Of a stretch of DNA of 32,000 nucleotides, positions 28,008 to 32,000 are shown one piece after another. A model generated the notes under the pieces. That model worked only from the letters and a program-made list of their open reading frames with translations, was not told where the DNA came from and searched no databases. A program made the translations under genes and the position numbers. The stretch is from positions 480,001 through 512,000 of the forward strand of contig NC_004460.2 in the NCBI RefSeq assembly GCF_000039765.1. The letters run 5' to 3'. Source of the DNA: Vibrio vulnificus CMCP6. GTDB taxonomy: Bacteria; Pseudomonadota; Gammaproteobacteria; Enterobacterales; Vibrionaceae. The first letter of the stretch is position 1, and each line of letters opens with the position of its first letter.

Positions 28008-29149
28008 AAACCTTTATCCTACCGGATCTTGGCGAAGGGCTCGCTGAGTCAGAAATTATTAAGTGGCACGTCAGCGTCGGTGACAAAGTAGAAGTCGACC
28101 AAGTGATCCTCACCGTGGAAACCGCCAAGGCAACGGTTGATGTACCAGCCCCATGGGCAGGAACCATTATTACTCGGCATGGCAATGAAGGCGATGTGGT
28201 TAACATAGGTGCGCTGTTACTGGAAATCGAAGACGGTGATGTGACCGAAAACAGCGACCAAAAAGTACAACAACGCGAAGATGCTGCCACGGTGGTGGGT
28301 CATGTGTCCAATCAGATGCATCAAGTGAAAGTGGACGATTTTTGGATCGGGGGCAACCAAAACCACACCACAGAGAAACGGGTGACCGCCTTGCCATCGG
28401 CTCGTTTGCTGGCGCAAAAACTCGGGGTGAACTTGGAGATGGTGTCTGGTACTGGCCCATCCGGTTTGATTATGGATCACGATGTCTACGACGAAGCGGG
28501 CAAACAACGCCCCGGTACGGAAGTGCTCAAAGGAGCACGACGCACCATGATGACCACGATGACCGAATCTCATCTGCAAGTGGCTGCGGTCACCATTACT
28601 GAAGAAGCGCTGTTAGAGCATTGGAGCAGTCAAGAAGACATTACCGTTCGTTTGGTTCAAGCGGTCGTTTACGCCTGCCAGCAAGAACCCGCATTAAACG
28701 CATGGTTTGATGCCGATACCGTCACACGTTGCGTGCACCATACCGTGAATATTGGTATGGCTGTAGACAGTGCCCACGGTTTGTATGTTCCTGTGATGCG
28801 ACATGCCGATGAGTTTTCACCTGACGACATTCGTAGCTGGATAAATCAAACCGTTTCAGGAATTCGCGAGCGCAAAATTGGCCGTGAGCAGTTGCAACAC
28901 GCTACGATCACCCTATCAAATTTTGGTGCCATCGCCGGAATTTATGCCACGCCTGTGGTGTCACCGCCGCAAGTGGCGATTGTGGGGGCGGGTCGAATCA
29001 TTGAGAAAGTGGTGCTTCGGGAAGGAAAAGCCGTGGCCGTCAAAGCAATGCCTTTGTCGATCACCTTTGACCATCGTGCTTGTACGGGTGGCGAAGCCGC
29101 GCGCTTTACTAAAGCGTTGGCAGAGCATTTAAGAAAACCCAGTGTATAA
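28004..29149 (+). CDS. Dihydrolipoamide acyltransferase (E2) component of 2-oxoacid dehydrogenase
   Basis: Lipoyl domain GDKVEVDQVILTVETAKATVDVPAPWAG, subunit-binding domain LPSARLLAQKLGVNLEMVSGTGPSGLIMDHDV, catalytic core ending in TFDHRACTGGEAARF; ATGA overlap with E1 beta. Confidence 0.93.
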   Translation: MKTFILPDLGEGLAESEIIKWHVSVGDKVEVDQVILTVETAKATVDVPAPWAGTIITRHGNEGDVVNIGALLLEIEDGDVTENSDQKVQQREDAATVVGHVSNQMHQVKVDDFWIGGNQNHTTEKRVTALPSARLLAQKLGVNLEMVSGTGPSGLIMDHDVYDEAGKQRPGTEVLKGARRTMMTTMTESHLQVAAVTITEEALLEHWSSQEDITVRLVQAVVYACQQEPALNAWFDADTVTRCVHHTVNIGMAVDSAHGLYVPVMRHADEFSPDDIRSWINQTVSGIRERKIGREQLQHATITLSNFGAIAGIYATPVVSPPQVAIVGAGRIIEKVVLREGKAVAVKAMPLSITFDHRACTGGEAARFTKALAEHLRKPSV

Positions 29150-29213
29150 CTTGTTGCTCAGGCAGTGCATAAAGACTAATGAAATAAGGCGAATAAGTAA
29201 TAGCTAATAATTA

Positions 29214-29239
29214 AGGGCTTCCACGATGAAGCCCTTTTG
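29214..29239 (+). terminator. Probable intrinsic terminator of the E1a-E1b-E2 operon
   Basis: aagggctt-ccacgatg-aagccctt-tt. Confidence 0.7.
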
Positions 29240-29362
29240 CTTGTTTGCTTGGTGAGAATCGATGATGAAAACGCACAGTTAAGCGCGCAATAATCAGCGA
29301 CAAAGCCTGACAAATACCCTACGTTTCGACAAACTGGGCGCCTCAAAAACCTCGGCGTCTTT

Positions 29363-30328
29363 CTACACCTTTTCCAACAGTTCCGGCAGGATGTCAAACA
29401 GATCGCCCACCAAACCGTAGTCCGCCACTTGGAATATTGGCGCGTCTGGGTCTTTGTTTATCGCGACAATGACTTTCGACTCTTTCATACCAGCAAGATG
29501 CTGTATCGCGCCTGAAATGCCAATCGCAATATACAGCTCCGGTGCGACAATTTTCCCAGTCTGCCCCACTTGCAGATCATTCGACACGTAACCCGCATCG
29601 ACCGCTGCGCGCGAAGCCCCCACCGCCGCGCCTAACTTATCGGCCAATTGCTCCACCATGGCAAACTGTGCTTTGCTCCCTAAGCCACGCCCGCCAGACA
29701 CCACGACTCTCGCGTTGGGCAAATCTGGTCGCTCACTTTCTACCTTTTCTAAACCGACAAATTCGCTGTTTTCGGCGCACAGTACCTTGTCGAGTCGCAC
29801 AACTGGCACCTGATTGCTGCTATTTTCACCTAAGCCATTGTCAGATAAGGCTTCAAACGCAGAGCTTCTAATGGAAACCATTTTGACTGCATCGAGTGAT
29901 TTCACCGTGGCCAGCGCATTGCCGGCATAAATTGGCCGAACAAAGGTATCGTCCGATTCAATCGCCACCACATCCGACAACTGACCAACATCGCGCAGCG
30001 CCGCGACACCGGGCAGTATATTTTTACCAAAGGTGGTTGCCGCTGCGAGCACGTGGGTATAAGGCTCACTCAACTGCGCCATCACGGACACAATGTTCTC
30101 TGCCAAACGATGTTGATAGGCCGGCGAATCCAACACCATGATCTCTGCGATTCCGTCGATACGCTGTGCATGTTCGACCACGGCATCACATTGATGGCCA
30201 ATGATCAGCGCCGTAATGCCCTCAGGTTGCAATTGCAACGCCGCGCTCATGGCTCGTAAGCTTTCAGGACAAATATTCCGGTCATTATGCTCAGTCAGGA
30301 ACAGCACTTTTACGTCATTCTTTTCCAT
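29363..30328 (-). CDS. etfA: Electron transfer flavoprotein alpha subunit
   Basis: [23 protein letters not shown]...[108 protein letters not shown] 30328; track start 30331 is GTG. Confidence 0.96.
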   Translation of the reverse strand: MEKNDVKVLFLTEHNDRNICPESLRAMSAALQLQPEGITALIIGHQCDAVVEHAQRIDGIAEIMVLDSPAYQHRLAENIVSVMAQLSEPYTHVLAAATTFGKNILPGVAALRDVGQLSDVVAIESDDTFVRPIYAGNALATVKSLDAVKMVSIRSSAFEALSDNGLGENSSNQVPVVRLDKVLCAENSEFVGLEKVESERPDLPNARVVVSGGRGLGSKAQFAMVEQLADKLGAAVGASRAAVDAGYVSNDLQVGQTGKIVAPELYIAIGISGAIQHLAGMKESKVIVAINKDPDAPIFQVADYGLVGDLFDILPELLEKV

Positions 30329-30359
30329 CACTTTACTCTCTCCATTATCACGGCTGGCA

Positions 30360-31136
30360 TTACAGCACCTTGGCGTCGTTTTTTAATTTTTCGATGAGCT
30401 GATCCACATTCGCCACCCGCTCTCCGGCTTTGCGCTCTGTTGGTGTGTTCACCGTCAGCAATTGCTGATGAGATTTAACCTCAATGGAAAGCTGTTGTAG
30501 TGTGATCACATCCAGCGGTTTCTTCTTGGCTTTCATGATGTTGGGTAAAGAGGCATATCGCGGCTCATTAAGGCGCAGATCCGTACTGATGATGGCAGGA
30601 AGTACTAATCGCAACTCCTCCAACCCGCCGTCGACTTCTCGCGTCACGTTGACCTGCTCACCCGAGACAACGACTTTGGAAGCAAACGTCGCGCAAGGTC
30701 TTTGGCTCAATGCCGCCAGCATTTGCGGCACTTGGTTGTTATCACTGTCGACGGACTGTTTTCCCAGCAGCACTAATCCAACCGATTCTTGCTCCATCAG
30801 ACGATGCAGAATTTTCGCCACCGTGAGCGGTTCTACAGCCAACACATTTTGCGCATTCTCCACCACAGAAGAGAGATCGACATGAATCGCTCTATCCGCC
30901 CCCAGCGCCAACGCAGCTCTCAATTGCTCTTGGCAGCTTTCGTCACCGATGGAGACAACGATCACTTCCTCAGCATGGCCCGCTTCTTTGACCCGCACGG
31001 CCTCTTCTACCGCGATTTCACAAAACGGATTGAGCGTCATTTTCACGTTGGTCATTTCAACGCCAGAACCGTCCGCTTTCACACGCGCTTTGAGATAAGG
31101 GTCGATCACGCGTTTGATACCCACCAATACTTTCAC
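30360..31136 (-). CDS. etfB: Electron transfer flavoprotein beta subunit
   Basis: MKVLVGIKRVIDPYLKARVKADGSGVEMTNVKMTLNPFCEIAVEEAVRVKE...VGLVLLGKQSVDSDNNQVPQMLAALSQRP. GTG start with AAGGAGG upstream. Confidence 0.96.
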   Translation of the reverse strand: MKVLVGIKRVIDPYLKARVKADGSGVEMTNVKMTLNPFCEIAVEEAVRVKEAGHAEEVIVVSIGDESCQEQLRAALALGADRAIHVDLSSVVENAQNVLAVEPLTVAKILHRLMEQESVGLVLLGKQSVDSDNNQVPQMLAALSQRPCATFASKVVVSGEQVNVTREVDGGLEELRLVLPAIISTDLRLNEPRYASLPNIMKAKKKPLDVITLQQLSIEVKSHQQLLTVNTPTERKAGERVANVDQLIEKLKNDAKVL

Positions 31137-31275
31137 GTAGCCTCCTTAATGGACATCACCAACCATTTGAAATAAAAGCCATTTACTCAATCTCTTTACT
31201 TCAATGTCGTCAAATACTGTCCGAAGATTTATTGCATTAACATTTGTGCAACATGGTAATTTCAGCTTAGTAAAG

Positions 31276-31291
31276 TTTACGTTTACGTCAA
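31276..31291. promoter_or_regulatory. Candidate operator (ACGT-N4-ACGT imperfect palindrome) in the etfBA / ETF-QO divergent promoter region
   Basis: tttacgtttacgtcaa: 12 of 16 positions symmetric; just upstream of a tatatt -10-like element before the ETF-QO start. Confidence 0.5.
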
Positions 31292-31341
31292 CTGGACTAT
31301 ATTTAAGCCAATGAACGACTCTGTAGCGGCAGGTTTACATT

Positions 31342-32000
31342 ATGGAAAGAGAATGCATGGAATTCGACGTGGTTATCGTTGGTGCGGGGCCAGCTGGTCT
31401 GTCAGCCGCTTGTCGTTTGGCGCAACTCGCCCAAGCCTCCAATCAAAGCCTCTCCATTTGTGTGTTAGAAAAGGGCTCAGAAGTGGGTGCGCATATCCTT
31501 TCTGGCGCACTGTTTGAAACTCGCGCATTGGCAGAACTTTTTCCCGATTGGCAGGATCAAGGGGCGCCAGTCGACACGCCCATCACGCAAGATCGCCTGC
31601 TTTACCTCACTACCGAGCATAACCACATTGAAGTGCCTGCCTTTCTGGTGCCTAAATCACTTCATAATAGCAGTGACAACTATGTGGTCAGTTTGGGTAA
31701 TCTCTGCCGCTGGTTGGCCAAACAAGCAGAAGCCCTCGGTGTAGAGGTGTTTGCTGGCTTTCCCGCTAAAGAGGTGGTAATTAATGAAAGTGACATTGTC
31801 ACTGGTGTCATTACCACCGACATGGGCCTAGACAAGCAATCTCAGCCTAAAGCAGGATTTGAAGCGGGCATCGAGCTAAAAGCGCGCTTTACCGTGTTTG
31901 CCGAAGGCGCGCGTGGTCATTTGGGTAAACAACTGATTGAGCACTTTGCTCTCGACCAAGGAAAGCCGCCACAACACTACGCTCTAGGGATCAAAGAAAT
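31342..32000 (+). CDS. Electron transfer flavoprotein-ubiquinone oxidoreductase (partial, runs off window)
   Basis: MERECMEFDVVIVGAGPAGLSAACRLAQLAQASNQSLSICVLEKGSEVGAHILSGALFETRALAELFPDWQ...FAEGARGHLGKQLI; FAD-binding GxGxxG. Open to the window end, so not in the track. Confidence 0.93.
   Translation, partial: MERECMEFDVVIVGAGPAGLSAACRLAQLAQASNQSLSICVLEKGSEVGAHILSGALFETRALAELFPDWQDQGAPVDTPITQDRLLYLTTEHNHIEVPAFLVPKSLHNSSDNYVVSLGNLCRWLAKQAEALGVEVFAGFPAKEVVINESDIVTGVITTDMGLDKQSQPKAGFEAGIELKARFTVFAEGARGHLGKQLIEHFALDQGKPPQHYALGIKE

Noticed and set aside
28217-28579. 120-aa minus-strand ORF inside the E2 gene, with similar antisense ORFs at 29542-29871 and 30484-30885
   Set aside because: These are mirror frames of well-identified genes with low-complexity or implausible peptides.
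1-32000. Mobile elements, CRISPR arrays, tRNAs, integron attC sites, phage genes
   Set aside because: No transposase, integrase, direct-repeat array, tRNA-like cloverleaf or terminal inverted repeats seen; gene order and content look like core/stable chromosome.

Overview
This window is a Vibrio chromosomal region. The purine aptamer upstream of add matches, from memory, the V. vulnificus add adenine riboswitch sequence. I see no phage, transposon, CRISPR, rRNA or tRNA signal. Left edge (1-6314): the end of a type VI secretion locus (tssL/dotU partial, tssK, tssJ lipoprotein, FHA/tagH on minus) with a divergent Ser/Thr kinase (ppkA-like). Middle: GST / TetR / PPC-domain genes, small conserved proteins, a GGDEF-EAL protein, phhA-phhB, acetoacetyl-CoA synthetase, methyltransferase, LysR regulator, CDF transporter, YddG-like EamA exporter, elbB. 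These are followed by a three-gene signalling neighbourhood (periplasmic binding protein, PAS histidine kinase, REC/HD-GYP regulator) and a DOPA-dioxygenase-family gene. Right: riboswitch-controlled adenosine deaminase, a 2-oxoacid dehydrogenase E1a-E1b-E2 operon, etfB-etfA, and a partial ETF-quinone oxidoreductase. The best-supported non-coding element is the adenine riboswitch (24379-24449) with a start-codon-sequestering expression platform; it is a known class, not new. Other items worth checking: a strong TyrR-box match at phhA, a nested terminator hairpin containing the GGDEF-EAL stop codon, a 53-aa ORF with a good Shine-Dalgarno that is missing from the ORF track, a candidate LiuR/MerR-type operator at the ETF-QO promoter, and the putative binding-protein/kinase/HD-GYP pathway. 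I did not find convincing evidence for a wholly undescribed system.
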